DNA of 52,914 bases from IMG/VR virus record IMGVR_UViG_3300009506_000044, positions 1-52,914 of that record. One strand, given 5' to 3'. This DNA is from a virus. Its lineage: Duplodnaviria; Caudoviricetes. Positions 8,724 through 19,251 of the stretch are shown here, one piece after another. A program made the translations under genes and the position numbers. The notes under the pieces are model-generated. The model did no database searches. It saw only the letters and a list, made by a program, of their open reading frames with translations, and was not told where the DNA came from. Positions within the stretch are counted from its first letter, which is position 1. Each line of letters opens with the position of its first letter.

Positions 8724-9755
8724 ATGACTATTAGCTTATACGGTTACAGGACGATGCTGGCGATGCTTGAAATGATGCCGCCGGAGGACATGTTTTTGGC
8801 CGATCTGTTTTTCCCGATGTTCGAACAATCGCTCACAGAGTACGTCGATATCGATATCCAGAAGGGCACGCGCAAAATGGCTCCGTTCGTGGCACCGGTC
8901 TGCGAAGGTCATGTAGTCCAGAAAGAGGGCTACATGACCAACCAGATCAAGGTGCCATATATCAAGGTCAAGATGCCAATCAAGCCTGGCGAAATACTGA
9001 ACGTGCGTCAGGCCGGAGACATCATCTACCAGGGGAATTCATCTCCCCAGGCCAGGCTGGCGCAGCGCGTCGCGAAAGACCTCGCTTTTTTGCGGGGGTT
9101 GATCAAAAAACGCATCGAGTGGATGGCCTCACAGATGTTGCAGGCCGGGACTTTCAGCGCTACCGGCGACGATGTGATCGGTGAGGAGTTCACTATCAAT
9201 TTTAACCGCAACGCCAACCACACTACCGCCTTGACGGGTACGGCTCTGTGGAACACGACCACGGCCGTTCCCCTCGAAGATTTGCGCACCTGGAGGGCGC
9301 TGATCAAGCAAAACGGCAACGCGTTCGCTGATATCATCGTGATGGGCTCCAGCGCCCTCAACGATTTCTTCGCACATGCTGATGTGCGAAACATCCTGGA
9401 CAACCGCCGCATGTCGTTCGGGTACGCGGAACCGCAATTCCTGCCCGGTGGCGGCGTGTTTTATGGCACTCTCGAAGGCTGGAAAATATACGGGTACGAC
9501 GAATGGACGGCCAACGCCGCCGGAACGTTGACGGCTCTGGTGCCCAGCACCGGCGTCATGATCGGCTGCAGTCAGGCCCGCATGGTTCGCCATCACGCCG
9601 CGATTCAGGATTTGCGGTCAATGGCGGCCGTCGAGTACTTCCCGAAGACCTGGCAACAGGAAGATCCGAGCCAGGAGTGGCTTATGCTGCAATCCGCTCC
9701 GCTGTGTTGCCCGCATCAGGTTGACAGCACGGCATTTGTTACCGTGACGTCGTAG
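8724..9755 (+). CDS. Major capsid protein (gpE family)
   Basis: RKMAPFVAP, RIEWMASQML, WQQEDPSQEWLMLQSAPL. Confidence 0.93.
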   Translation: MTISLYGYRTMLAMLEMMPPEDMFLADLFFPMFEQSLTEYVDIDIQKGTRKMAPFVAPVCEGHVVQKEGYMTNQIKVPYIKVKMPIKPGEILNVRQAGDIIYQGNSSPQARLAQRVAKDLAFLRGLIKKRIEWMASQMLQAGTFSATGDDVIGEEFTINFNRNANHTTALTGTALWNTTTAVPLEDLRTWRALIKQNGNAFADIIVMGSSALNDFFAHADVRNILDNRRMSFGYAEPQFLPGGGVFYGTLEGWKIYGYDEWTANAAGTLTALVPSTGVMIGCSQARMVRHHAAIQDLRSMAAVEYFPKTWQQEDPSQEWLMLQSAPLCCPHQVDSTAFVTVTS

Positions 9756-9767
9756 CAGGGGATAACC

Positions 9768-10346
9768 GTGGGATTTAAGGATCAGATCGAACTCGACCTT
9801 GCCGAAATGCTCGACACCGATACGTTTGCGGATACCGTAACGTATGACGGTACAAGCATTTCTGCCATTGTCGATACAGGAATAGAGTTGATCAGGGACA
9901 GCAGAGAAGATGTCGGCATGATCCATGTTGCGGTTTCTGCCGTTCCTACCGTATCCCACGGTGACCCTGTTGTAATCGATTCGAATAACTGGATTGTAAC
10001 GAAAACATTGACATCGGACGGATATCTTACGTCAGTGCATATACAGCGTGCGAACTCGATTACGTTGTCGCGCGGCGGTCAATCCTGCAGCGCGATCGCC
10101 ACGCGGCACGATCACACACACGAACGGTACGACAGCTACAATATTGTTGTAACGACGAAAATTCGTGAGTACGGAATACGCGCCAGCGCATACGCGCCTG
10201 CCGGAACGGCTGACACTCCGCAGATAGGCGACCGGATAACGGACGGTTCGAGCACGTTCGAGGTGCTCTCTGTCCCCGGAAAACCGCACTACGATTACTC
10301 CGACAGCAACAGGACAATGCTCATCGTTCGCACAAAGGAAATCTGA
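9768..10346 (+). CDS. Head-tail connector (FII-like)
   Basis: Synteny; FADTVTYDG motif. Confidence 0.55.
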   Translation: MGFKDQIELDLAEMLDTDTFADTVTYDGTSISAIVDTGIELIRDSREDVGMIHVAVSAVPTVSHGDPVVIDSNNWIVTKTLTSDGYLTSVHIQRANSITLSRGGQSCSAIATRHDHTHERYDSYNIVVTTKIREYGIRASAYAPAGTADTPQIGDRITDGSSTFEVLSVPGKPHYDYSDSNRTMLIVRTKEI

Positions 10347-10762
10347 TGCCTAACGCTATCACTCTTGCAGATGCTATTACCACAGAGCTTAACGCGACGT
10401 CGTTTTCGCAGGCGTTTTCGGCTACGCGAGAGTATAGTCCGGTGTTCGCATTGCAAGACACGGATGCGCTCACGGTCGTTGTCGTGCCGGTAACGCGCGA
10501 ATCTTCGATGATATCGCGTGCCGCAGACGCTGTGATCTATGGCGTCCAGGTCGGTGTGTTGTACAAATTTGCGAACGAGATTTCGTGCGACAATTTGCTG
10601 TCGTTGTGCGAGGAAATCGCTGATCACTTCCGAAAAAAAACGCTGGCGTCAATATATTTCTGCACTGAGCGGATAATCGATCCGCTCTTCGACGCCGAAT
10701 GGATCGTCGATAACAAACAATTCGCGTCAATCATTACCCTAAAATTCAAGGTTTTAGGATAG
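10346..10762 (+). CDS. Putative tail terminator/completion protein
   Basis: Synteny and size. Confidence 0.5.
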   Translation: MPNAITLADAITTELNATSFSQAFSATREYSPVFALQDTDALTVVVVPVTRESSMISRAADAVIYGVQVGVLYKFANEISCDNLLSLCEEIADHFRKKTLASIYFCTERIIDPLFDAEWIVDNKQFASIITLKFKVLG

Positions 10763-10775
10763 GAGATAAGTAACT

Positions 10776-11192
10776 ATGGCTCATGTACTTGGAATGAATT
10801 GCAAGGCGTACTACGGCACCGCCGGAAGTACTGCCAGTACTGAGTTGACGAACGTCCGCGACGTGACCATCAACCTTGAAACAGGGGAAGCTGACGTCAC
10901 AACGCGAGGAAACTCAGGGTGGAGGGCCACGGCCGCAACCTTGAAAGAGGGTTCGGTTGAATTCGAAATGATCTGGCAAGATGGCGGAGACGCAGGATTT
11001 ACCGCGATTGAAACGGCATGGACGAACGCCACGGCGATCGCCCTGGCGTTTCTGGACGGTGCCGGCGGGAGTGGGCTGGACGCGGATTTTACGATTACGA
11101 ATTTTTCGCGTTCAGAGCCACTTGAGGACGCCGTAAAAGTGTCTGTTACTGCGAAACCGACGTATTCAACCCGCGCTCCGTCGTGGTCTTAG
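10776..11192 (+). CDS. Major tail tube protein
   Basis: EADVTTRGNSGWR, ITNFSRSEPLEDAVKVSVTAKP. Confidence 0.8.
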   Translation: MAHVLGMNCKAYYGTAGSTASTELTNVRDVTINLETGEADVTTRGNSGWRATAATLKEGSVEFEMIWQDGGDAGFTAIETAWTNATAIALAFLDGAGGSGLDADFTITNFSRSEPLEDAVKVSVTAKPTYSTRAPSWS

Positions 11193-11201
11193 GAGGTAAT
11201 C

Positions 11202-11678
11202 ATGACTGCAACTTTTACCGGCACTTTCACGCTGAAACGTGTTCTCGCTGGTGCGAACACCAACGAGGCGTCGGCGCTCACGGCATCTATCAATGACCAG
11301 ATCGCGCGTGCTTATACGGCTGGCAGTGGCGCCGGAAACATCAACCTGATATCGACCGATCAGGTCACCCGCGCCGACGTCGGATCGTCTGATTACGATC
11401 TAGACGGAGGGGCCCTTACTGACATGTTCGGTACTGCCGTCACGTTTGCAACGATAAAATCGGTCTACGTTAAGAACCTCGGGTCCGTCAGTGAGGCCGA
11501 AGTCGGAGGGGATTTCCTGGGGATTACGGGAACCGTCAAGCTCCCGGCCGGCGGAGTGTTCTGGCTGGACATGGGCGCGACCGGCCTGCCGGTAACCGCG
11601 ACGACAAATGACGTGATCAGTGTCTCGGGTGTTACGGGTGTCGCCCATGAGATCGTAATCCAGGGGGTTTCAGCGTAA
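11202..11678 (+). CDS. Hypothetical structural protein
   Basis: Good RBS (AGGAGG); lies in the tail operon. Confidence 0.6.
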   Translation: MTATFTGTFTLKRVLAGANTNEASALTASINDQIARAYTAGSGAGNINLISTDQVTRADVGSSDYDLDGGALTDMFGTAVTFATIKSVYVKNLGSVSEAEVGGDFLGITGTVKLPAGGVFWLDMGATGLPVTATTNDVISVSGVTGVAHEIVIQGVSA

Positions 11679-12145
11679 TGAAGTTTTTCAAGGACGCCAA
11701 CAACCGCGAATGGATGATCAAAATCGATAACAACGCTATCAAGCGTATCGAGGCGATTACGGGAATTGAGCATTTCATTCCGAAGCTTGAAGATCCAAAT
11801 TTTTTCGAGATGTTCATTGGCGACCCCGTAATGATCTGCGACACCATCTATGCAATATGCAAGCCGCAGGCCGAAAAACAGAATATCAACGATGAGCAAT
11901 TCGGTGAGATTCTGGTGGGTGAGCCTATCGAGCACGCGCTGTATGCATTTATGGAGGCCCTGGTTGAATATTTCCCCCCGAAGAAGGCGCGTGTGCATGC
12001 GGAAAAATGGCGCCGCGCCTGCCAGATCGTGGAAACGGGCCTGGAAAAACAGTACCAGGCTCTGGTCAGCCCGGACCTGGAAGACCAGATCAACCAGGCG
12101 CTTTCTGGAGGCGCATCTACAAAATCGCAGGATATCTTGGGGTAG
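11678..12145 (+). CDS. Tail assembly chaperone (gpG-like)
   Basis: Between tail tube and tape measure genes; followed by an overlapping -1-frame ORF. Confidence 0.65.
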   Translation: MKFFKDANNREWMIKIDNNAIKRIEAITGIEHFIPKLEDPNFFEMFIGDPVMICDTIYAICKPQAEKQNINDEQFGEILVGEPIEHALYAFMEALVEYFPPKKARVHAEKWRRACQIVETGLEKQYQALVSPDLEDQINQALSGGASTKSQDILG

Positions 12146-12420
12146 ACCCAGGGCCGTTCACACTGCGTGAATTAATGTGGATGCTGGACGGAAAACGCCA
12201 GGAAGATTGGGATCAGGTCAGCGTTTTGTGCTGCTTGGTGGCGAATATGGTTTGCAAAAAAAGCGACCGCCTGAAGATGAAGGATTTTCATCCGTACATA
12301 TCAGACGAAAAACCTCAGAAAAAGGCGACGGTAGACGTTGCCAGGTTATCGAAAATCATGAACGCAGATCCTGTAATTGCTCACCAGATGCTGGAGGGCC
12401 TGGTAGGTGGTCAAAATTGA
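12007..12420 (+). CDS. Tail assembly chaperone extension (gpT-like), probably via -1 frameshift
   Basis: In the -1 frame relative to the 11678 ORF; GVDPGPFTLRELMWM...DFHPY. True start or shift site uncertain. Confidence 0.55.
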   Translation: MAPRLPDRGNGPGKTVPGSGQPGPGRPDQPGAFWRRIYKIAGYLGVDPGPFTLRELMWMLDGKRQEDWDQVSVLCCLVANMVCKKSDRLKMKDFHPYISDEKPQKKATVDVARLSKIMNADPVIAHQMLEGLVGGQN

Positions 12421-12847
12421 GACGACAATCAAATTCGAAAAAGGCAAGATCCTCAAACGTGTCGGAGACGCGAATTACCGGTCTCTTGGACAGGCCGGCG
12501 CTTCTGTACGCAAAATAGCTCAATACTCAATTCGAACACAACCCGCCCGCAAGAAAAAAACAAAACGACGTCGCAAACGCAAAATAAAATATTCCCTGCC
12601 AGGAAAACCTCCCTTTACGCGCGGGCAAAAACGTCTGCGCAAATCCATTATTTACAGCGTCAACCGACAAAAAGAGCACGTCAGAATCGGTCCATCTCAC
12701 GATATTATCGGCGAGGTCGGCGCATTGCATGAGGTCGGCGGAATTTTCTACGGGCGTCATTATACGCCGCGTCCGTATATGGCGCCGGCGCTGAAACAGG
12801 CCATCCCGAGACTCCCTAAATTATGGAGGGCCGCGTTCCGTGGATAG
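12407..12847 (+). CDS. Tail completion / HK97 gp10-like protein
   Basis: Basic protein; LHEVGG...PRPYMAPAL motif. Confidence 0.65.
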   Translation: MVKIETTIKFEKGKILKRVGDANYRSLGQAGASVRKIAQYSIRTQPARKKKTKRRRKRKIKYSLPGKPPFTRGQKRLRKSIIYSVNRQKEHVRIGPSHDIIGEVGALHEVGGIFYGRHYTPRPYMAPALKQAIPRLPKLWRAAFRG

Positions 12848-15215
12848 CAAGGTAGGCAGAGTCTACGTCGAAATATCGTCTCGCGACAAACGGTTGCGCG
12901 CAGGGTTGGCGCGCGCGCAGGCGCGTCTGCGTGCGTTCGGTGCAATCGGTCGCCAGGTAAGCGCACGTGTGGCTGGAGCGATGACTGCCGTATCGAATTC
13001 CGTTGCCTCCGTCGCCAGTCGCGCCAAGGCGGCCGGCGGGGCTTTGCTGAAAATCGCGGGCATCGCAGGCGCCGGCCTGGGGCTGGCCGCGAAAAGGTTC
13101 GCCTCTTTCGACGACGCGATGCGCGCGGTGCTGGCCATTACCAGCGCGAATGAGAAGGAATTCGCCGCGCTGGAGCAACAGGCCCGGCAGTTAGGCGCGA
13201 CCACCAGTTACACCGCGAAAGAAGCCGCCGAGGGCATGGTAGAACTCGGCCGCGCAGGGTTTAAGGCTCGCGAAATAATGGCCTCTATACCTGGCGTGCT
13301 CGACCTTGCCAGGGCCACGGGCGTTGAGATTTCAGAAGCTGCAACGATTGCCGGGAACACGCTGCGCGCGTTCGACCTCGATGCCTCAAAGATGACCGAG
13401 GTCGTGGATATTCTAACCGCAACTGCGAACAATAGCGCGCAGGGCCTGGGTGATCTTGGCGAGTCCCTGAAATACGTTGCCCCGATTGCGAAGGCCACGG
13501 GTGAGGACTTGAGGTCAACCGCCGCCGCCCTGGGAGTACTGGCCAACCAGGGTATCAAGGGCAGCGCGGCAGGTACGGCCCTGGCGCGGGCCTATAAGAA
13601 TTTGGCAAAACAAGACGTGGCCGACAAATTGAAGGTCAAGCTTGGTATCGAAGTGGCCGACACCGAAGGAAACCTGCGACCGGTTGCCGATATCATCGCG
13701 GAAATCGGACGAAAAACAAAAGACCTCGGAAGCCAAAAAAGGATTGCAATTTTTGACGAAATTTTTGGGCGTGGCGCCGTTGCATCAATCGTGCTGGCAA
13801 ACGCGAAAGCCGTTGATTCTATGTCGCAAAAGCTTGAGAATGTACAGGGAACGGCTAGAAAAACAGCAAAAATAATGGATAGTGGACTTGGTGGATCGTT
13901 CCGCATCCTATTTTCGGCTATTGACGATGTGATTATCAGTGTTGGCAAAGCATTGGAGCCAGTCCTGACGGAATGGGCAAATGCCGTGAAAAATGCAGGT
14001 AATCAACTATCCTCATTCATCCAGAAAAATCCTGAACTTGTGCAATCTATCGGGAATTTAGTGCCTATCGTTGCTGGAATTGGAGTCGGATTTGTGGCAC
14101 TTGGAACTGCGCTTGGTCCTGTATCCGTAGCGTTTGGTATCGTCGCCTCCGCCGTTTCCGTTGTCTCAGGTGTTATCGGGATCGCAACGATTGCGGTGTC
14201 TGGGCTGCTAACCGGAATTGGTCTGCTTTTGACGCCGATAGGACTTCTGACGGCTGGATTCGGGGTGCTGGCCACTACCGTCGCGGTTTCAGCGTCTGAT
14301 ACCAGCGAGTCTATTTTTGACCTCAGTGGAGATTTCAGCGGCCTGGCCGACGTGGCTAAATCAGCGTTTTATGGCATTGCTGACGCATTAAAGTCTGGCG
14401 ACATCGAAACGGCAGCAAAAATAATGTTTGCCGGCCTAAAAGTCGCATGGAAATACGGAGTTGCCGCGCTTCGTGAAATTTGGAGCAGGTTTCTAAATGC
14501 GATAGAACAGACCGGGGCGACCATAAAATCTACGATTGAGACTGCCGCATACGACGCCGCCGTGACTGTAGACAATATCATATCAGCCGTAACCCCTGAT
14601 TCGCTTTACGAGCCGAACGTGTTGGCAAAAATGAGATCCAAGGCGTTACTGCGAATCGTAGAGGAAAACAAACCGACAACCAAAATCGACCTCGGGGGTT
14701 ACGAGGAAGCAAAAAAAGCCAAACAGGAATTGCAAAAACTGCTGTCTGAGCAGGAGTTGAAACGCAAACGCGCCGAACAGGAGGCGTTGAGAAAAGCTGC
14801 TGAGAAAACCGGTGGGAAACTCGCAGGTAAAAGAGGCGAGAAAAAAGATGAACTGGTGAACCGCCAGAAGCAGTTGGAGAAAAAACTTGCTGATCAAGAG
14901 TTAAATCGCAAACGTGTAGATATTGCAGCCATTGGTAAAGTCGTCAGTAACGCGGGAAAACAAGCTATTGATTCGGTTAAGGGCATGGTAGATAGCGGCA
15001 AAATTTCAGACCTGCAGAAAAAACTTTCTGGTGCCGCCGAATCTGCGTTGTCGCGTCCGATTTTCGGTGGGTTCGAAACGTTTTCCCTGGCTGGATTTCA
15101 GGCTGCGAGCGGCACCGGTCAGGAACGTAAACTCGGTGAGATACTGACCGAAAACAAGACGCAAACGCGTTACCTTAAGACAATCAGCGAAGACAGCGGG
15201 GAAACATTCTCATGA
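12840..15215 (+). CDS. Tape measure protein (TP901 family)
   Basis: LGATTSYTAKEAAEGMVELGRAGF, LANQGIKGSAAGTAL. Confidence 0.93.
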   Translation: MDSKVGRVYVEISSRDKRLRAGLARAQARLRAFGAIGRQVSARVAGAMTAVSNSVASVASRAKAAGGALLKIAGIAGAGLGLAAKRFASFDDAMRAVLAITSANEKEFAALEQQARQLGATTSYTAKEAAEGMVELGRAGFKAREIMASIPGVLDLARATGVEISEAATIAGNTLRAFDLDASKMTEVVDILTATANNSAQGLGDLGESLKYVAPIAKATGEDLRSTAAALGVLANQGIKGSAAGTALARAYKNLAKQDVADKLKVKLGIEVADTEGNLRPVADIIAEIGRKTKDLGSQKRIAIFDEIFGRGAVASIVLANAKAVDSMSQKLENVQGTARKTAKIMDSGLGGSFRILFSAIDDVIISVGKALEPVLTEWANAVKNAGNQLSSFIQKNPELVQSIGNLVPIVAGIGVGFVALGTALGPVSVAFGIVASAVSVVSGVIGIATIAVSGLLTGIGLLLTPIGLLTAGFGVLATTVAVSASDTSESIFDLSGDFSGLADVAKSAFYGIADALKSGDIETAAKIMFAGLKVAWKYGVAALREIWSRFLNAIEQTGATIKSTIETAAYDAAVTVDNIISAVTPDSLYEPNVLAKMRSKALLRIVEENKPTTKIDLGGYEEAKKAKQELQKLLSEQELKRKRAEQEALRKAAEKTGGKLAGKRGEKKDELVNRQKQLEKKLADQELNRKRVDIAAIGKVVSNAGKQAIDSVKGMVDSGKISDLQKKLSGAAESALSRPIFGGFETFSLAGFQAASGTGQERKLGEILTENKTQTRYLKTISEDSGETFS

Positions 15216-16018
15216 CAACCGTATCGGAAGCTTTTATTCGCAACACTCAGGAAATGAATTCGAACGGTGATTATATTGCCGTGGAGCGCGTGTATTTCGT
15301 TTTCGCGGCCGACGATGAGGAAGAGGCTTTCACCGCACTGTACGATGCTATACCTGCAACGTATCAAGGCGTTAGGTTGTCTAAGGTCGCGCTAGATGAG
15401 CGTATCAACGAAACGACGTGGAAATTCTCGGTAACGTATCAAAATACGGCATCCTCCGCGGAAGGCGGAACCACTCCCAGCAGCACGACGTCATTCGACA
15501 CAACCGGTGGAACGCAAACAATTTATCAATCGAAATATACATCAGCGTATCCGTCGTCGGCTCCAGATCTCAACAACGCGATTGGCTGGAATGGCGAGAG
15601 CGTTAACGGCGTCGATATCGTTGTGCCACGTTACACCTGGACGGAGACGCATTACTTTACATCGTGTTCGACAACTTACCTACTTACGCTCGCGCAATGC
15701 ACTGGATGCGTCAATGCGTCTACATTCCGCGGATTCGCTGGCGGAGAGGTGCTATTCATGGGGGCGCGCGGACAGCAGCAGTCCACAGATGATTATGCGT
15801 TATGGGAGGTCCAATTTGTTTTTCAATATTCTCAAAATGAGGAATTCCAGTATCAGGTTGGCGGCATAACTGTCGGCGGGAAAAACGGTTGGAACTATCA
15901 ATGGGTTGAATACGAAGAGGACCTGGACACAACCGAAAAGAAAATAATCGCGGTGCCGAAATATGTGCGCATCGAACGTGTTTACGATGAGATAGCGTTC
16001 TCTCAGCTAGGGATTTAG
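15212..16018 (+). CDS. Putative distal tail protein
   Basis: Directly after the tape measure gene; VNASTFRGFAGGEVLFMG. Confidence 0.55.
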   Translation: MTTVSEAFIRNTQEMNSNGDYIAVERVYFVFAADDEEEAFTALYDAIPATYQGVRLSKVALDERINETTWKFSVTYQNTASSAEGGTTPSSTTSFDTTGGTQTIYQSKYTSAYPSSAPDLNNAIGWNGESVNGVDIVVPRYTWTETHYFTSCSTTYLLTLAQCTGCVNASTFRGFAGGEVLFMGARGQQQSTDDYALWEVQFVFQYSQNEEFQYQVGGITVGGKNGWNYQWVEYEEDLDTTEKKIIAVPKYVRIERVYDEIAFSQLGI

Positions 16019-16021
16019 GAG

Positions 16022-16822
16022 ATGAAAAAAGTACTAGCCGGCGACAAGCTGAAAATTCCCGCGAAGACGTTCAACACGTTCGTTGACGCCGGCCAGTATT
16101 ATCTGGACCGCCAGGGCGACCTGAAGGTCAGTCCTGCTGGAAATAATCTGCGTTCGGCGATGGTTCGCGTCTACAATAATTCCGGCGCTGATCAGGATAT
16201 GTTCGCCGTGCTGGCAATCACCGGCGTATCGATCTCTCAATCCGACAACGAAAACGAATTCATGCATCGCGGTCCTGTGCTCACTGTAGATCTGTGGAGC
16301 AACGTAACAGCGGCAGACCGGTACAAAACGACGTTCGTAATCCTGCAGCAGCCCGTCAAGCAGGAGAAAATCGCGCGCGCCAAGGCGTTCGGTGTGTCGC
16401 AAGTGCAGATAAACGTTACGAATGCGTCGCACCCCTACGCAAAACCGTCCGCGTCATCCGCAATACTCGACAGCGCATGGGCCGGACCGACGCGGATACT
16501 GTACCAGGAGAGCGGGACAGGGACAAAATGGGCCGTCGTGCATTTTCAGGAAATCCCGTGGATTAATTGGGAGCCCACAACACCGTATGAGATCGATCGA
16601 TCTGATAGTGCCGACGATGCCAAGGTGTGGAACCCGAAAAATGGTGTGCCGGCGAATTGGGATACGCTGTACGACGGTGTAAAACTAACGTGGCGCACGT
16701 TGCGATACGATGATAGCGCGGGTACATTAGAGTATGTCGATCAGATTTTTCAATGGCTGACACCGTTTGCGCCTGTGATTGAGGCGGTGACACCAGCCAC
16801 CGCAGACACTGGAGAATGCTAA
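16022..16822 (+). CDS. Putative tail tip protein
   Basis: Synteny; beta-rich. Confidence 0.5.
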   Translation: MKKVLAGDKLKIPAKTFNTFVDAGQYYLDRQGDLKVSPAGNNLRSAMVRVYNNSGADQDMFAVLAITGVSISQSDNENEFMHRGPVLTVDLWSNVTAADRYKTTFVILQQPVKQEKIARAKAFGVSQVQINVTNASHPYAKPSASSAILDSAWAGPTRILYQESGTGTKWAVVHFQEIPWINWEPTTPYEIDRSDSADDAKVWNPKNGVPANWDTLYDGVKLTWRTLRYDDSAGTLEYVDQIFQWLTPFAPVIEAVTPATADTGEC

Positions 16823-18697
16823 GTGGCGGCCGGAGAAACACTATGGTTTCAAGACGATAAACTGGTAGTGGACGGCGACGGCAGGCCGTACATGTGTTCG
16901 TCGTGTCCGTGCGATTCCGATCTGGGAAACCTGTATCCTAGCAATATGCCGACGACCACATACCCGGTTATATTCGAACAGGCGTCAGGGTCAAAGTGGG
17001 TGAACGACACGCTCGATATCAGCCCCACTGGAAGCTGGCATAACTACGAGCCCGGCATGTGTGGCTATCTCAGGGGGGACCAAGACCAGTATTGGATTGT
17101 CCGGCGCACGTCTACCGGGGCGGTGCCGCATGTCTACTTTTGGAACGGTAGTAGCTGGACGGAATATTCGACCGGGTTGAGTTACCCGTCGGGCTGGCAG
17201 GCCCTGTCAGCATATCGGTATCTGTGCCCCCGATTCGACGATCCCGGCAAGCCGGCCCTGATGATGAAACACACCAGCGGCGAGATAATTCAGCATTGGA
17301 CTGGATCGACGTGGACGACGGACGCGACACACTCGCTTGTATACGGGTCTTACGTCGCATCGTATTACGGGTCAGGGGTGTATTGTTTCTTGAACAACAA
17401 CGGAACATTGCTTGATATTCGTGGCGTGTGTGATGGAGTGGAATTCTGGTTCGACAATACGGATTCGTTGCCGCTCAACGAGTACCCAATGTCCGGAAAT
17501 TTCTCGCTCATGTATTACACCGGATACCCGCTTAGCTCCAGGGGTTACAGCGAATTTCTGGTCCACTACAGGTACACCCGTGCGAGTGACAGCCAGGTGC
17601 GCGACGGCATAGCGATCTGCCGCGTTACCGATCCTGGCGGCGGCCCGGTGATGTCCGTGTCGGGGCCGCAATTCGAATTGCAATCTACGGCCCCACAGAA
17701 GGTGGCGCCCACGAACGCCTGGCAATTTTTTTATGTGAATGACGAATATTGGGCGTTGTGCGATGCGGTTTACACCGGGTCAAAAGAATTGCGCAACCTT
17801 ACTCTGGGCGGTATCTGGAAGGCGAACATCAACAACCGGACGGACGCATGCGAATCTCGCAATCGATATATTTTGATGGACGGCAGCAAACCGGAGGTGT
17901 ACGACTGCGTGTCAGACGCGATGGTCAGCAACACACTCTACAACGATTTTACGGTCGGCCAGCAGCATATCGAGCCGCCGCCGGCAGCCAGGGCGATCCT
18001 GAAACACAGCAGGCCCGTTGCGGTGCAGAGCCTGCCGAAAGTGCAGGCTTATTTGCGCCGCGCCGCAGAGGGCCGCGGCAACGTCGGGCGCCTGCTGGAC
18101 CGGGCGGAAAACTCCAGCCAGCGGTGGCCGGATCTACACCGCGCAATTCGAATAGAACGCAGGAAATTCCTGAAGGACGGCACTCCGCCGGACTTCGAAA
18201 AATTACTTACAGGAGGACGAATAGAAGTGGAAGAAAACAAGAAAAAACAACTGTGGCAGAAAGTTCGCGAGGGCATCGACGCCCTGAAAGAGTTGCGCGC
18301 CGACGCAGAGAAAACGCGCGACGTCGAGGACGTGGTCACCGATCCGAGCAACTGGCCGATAATGCTGGAGGGGCTCAAGGTGCTGTTGAGCTTTTTCGGC
18401 AGCATTTTCGGCAGCATCTTCGGAGTGCGCACCGCCCCGAGCGCCAGCGTAGAGGGGCAGCCGCGCGGCTTCTGGGACACGATACAGCAGATATGGGCGC
18501 TGCTTAAGGCGATCTACGACTTCCTGCAGAAAAATTCGCTCACGGCAGAGGAATTCAAGGCCGTTATAAACCAGGCGAAGGCTGATATCAGAGATGACGT
18601 GGCCGCCAGTATTCCTGGGCAACTGCGCAGAATGGGCGCGAAGATTGAAACAAAAATGACTTTCGAGGACGCTGACCCGGAAAACGGCGAGGAATGA
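16823..18697 (+). CDS. Putative tail-associated protein with amphipathic helical C-terminus
   Basis: W/Y-rich beta N-terminus (WNGSSW, WTGSTW), then a charged and amphipathic C-terminal third. Confidence 0.5.
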   Translation: MAAGETLWFQDDKLVVDGDGRPYMCSSCPCDSDLGNLYPSNMPTTTYPVIFEQASGSKWVNDTLDISPTGSWHNYEPGMCGYLRGDQDQYWIVRRTSTGAVPHVYFWNGSSWTEYSTGLSYPSGWQALSAYRYLCPRFDDPGKPALMMKHTSGEIIQHWTGSTWTTDATHSLVYGSYVASYYGSGVYCFLNNNGTLLDIRGVCDGVEFWFDNTDSLPLNEYPMSGNFSLMYYTGYPLSSRGYSEFLVHYRYTRASDSQVRDGIAICRVTDPGGGPVMSVSGPQFELQSTAPQKVAPTNAWQFFYVNDEYWALCDAVYTGSKELRNLTLGGIWKANINNRTDACESRNRYILMDGSKPEVYDCVSDAMVSNTLYNDFTVGQQHIEPPPAARAILKHSRPVAVQSLPKVQAYLRRAAEGRGNVGRLLDRAENSSQRWPDLHRAIRIERRKFLKDGTPPDFEKLLTGGRIEVEENKKKQLWQKVREGIDALKELRADAEKTRDVEDVVTDPSNWPIMLEGLKVLLSFFGSIFGSIFGVRTAPSASVEGQPRGFWDTIQQIWALLKAIYDFLQKNSLTAEEFKAVINQAKADIRDDVAASIPGQLRRMGAKIETKMTFEDADPENGEE

Positions 18698-18700
18698 GCC

Positions 18701-18904
18701 GTGGAATTTGACGAATATGTGGAAAAATTTGTGGCACCCAGAGATAAGAAGCGCGCAAAAAAATGGGGCCAACAGAGCGGCATGAAGCGGCATGTGGTCG
18801 TGGCGAAACGTCAGGCCGTGGTTGACGTGCTGCTGAAATTGAAAGGTAAGGTTGAAGGTGCAAGAGAACGAAATAGCCGGACCGCCGACGCCGGATCAAT
18901 TTGA
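18701..18904 (+). CDS. Hypothetical basic protein
   Basis: ORF in operon context. Confidence 0.45.
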   Translation: MEFDEYVEKFVAPRDKKRAKKWGQQSGMKRHVVVAKRQAVVDVLLKLKGKVEGARERNSRTADAGSI

Positions 18905-19250
18905 GTTTTCGGATACTGCCATAATCCGCTCTCTCGACGAAGCGGATCGCGATGAACCGGCGGAAAAGCCGGCAAAGGAATATGCGGTGCAACGGGATTT
19001 GCTGGCCGGTGTGTACGAGGTTTTTTCGTCCTCATTCGTCGTTCTTTTGACCAATACAATCCTTAGCACCGGCCTGTTTTTTTCTGTGGTGGTCCTTACC
19101 CTGTGGAGCGATTGCCCGCAGTTGATATGGGGCGGCTTCCTTATATTCTGCTTGGTATCTCCGTTGGCGCTGTGCGTCATGAACGTTCGGCTGCTGGTGT
19201 CGATATCGAAAAAACAATCGTGCGGACGCATGACAATCCGGGAGTTTTGA
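18852..19250 (+). CDS. Two-TM membrane protein (holin-like topology possible)
   Basis: Two hydrophobic segments and a basic C-terminus. Confidence 0.55.
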   Translation: MKVQENEIAGPPTPDQFEFSDTAIIRSLDEADRDEPAEKPAKEYAVQRDLLAGVYEVFSSSFVVLLTNTILSTGLFFSVVVLTLWSDCPQLIWGGFLIFCLVSPLALCVMNVRLLVSISKKQSCGRMTIREF

Positions 19251-19251
19251 C

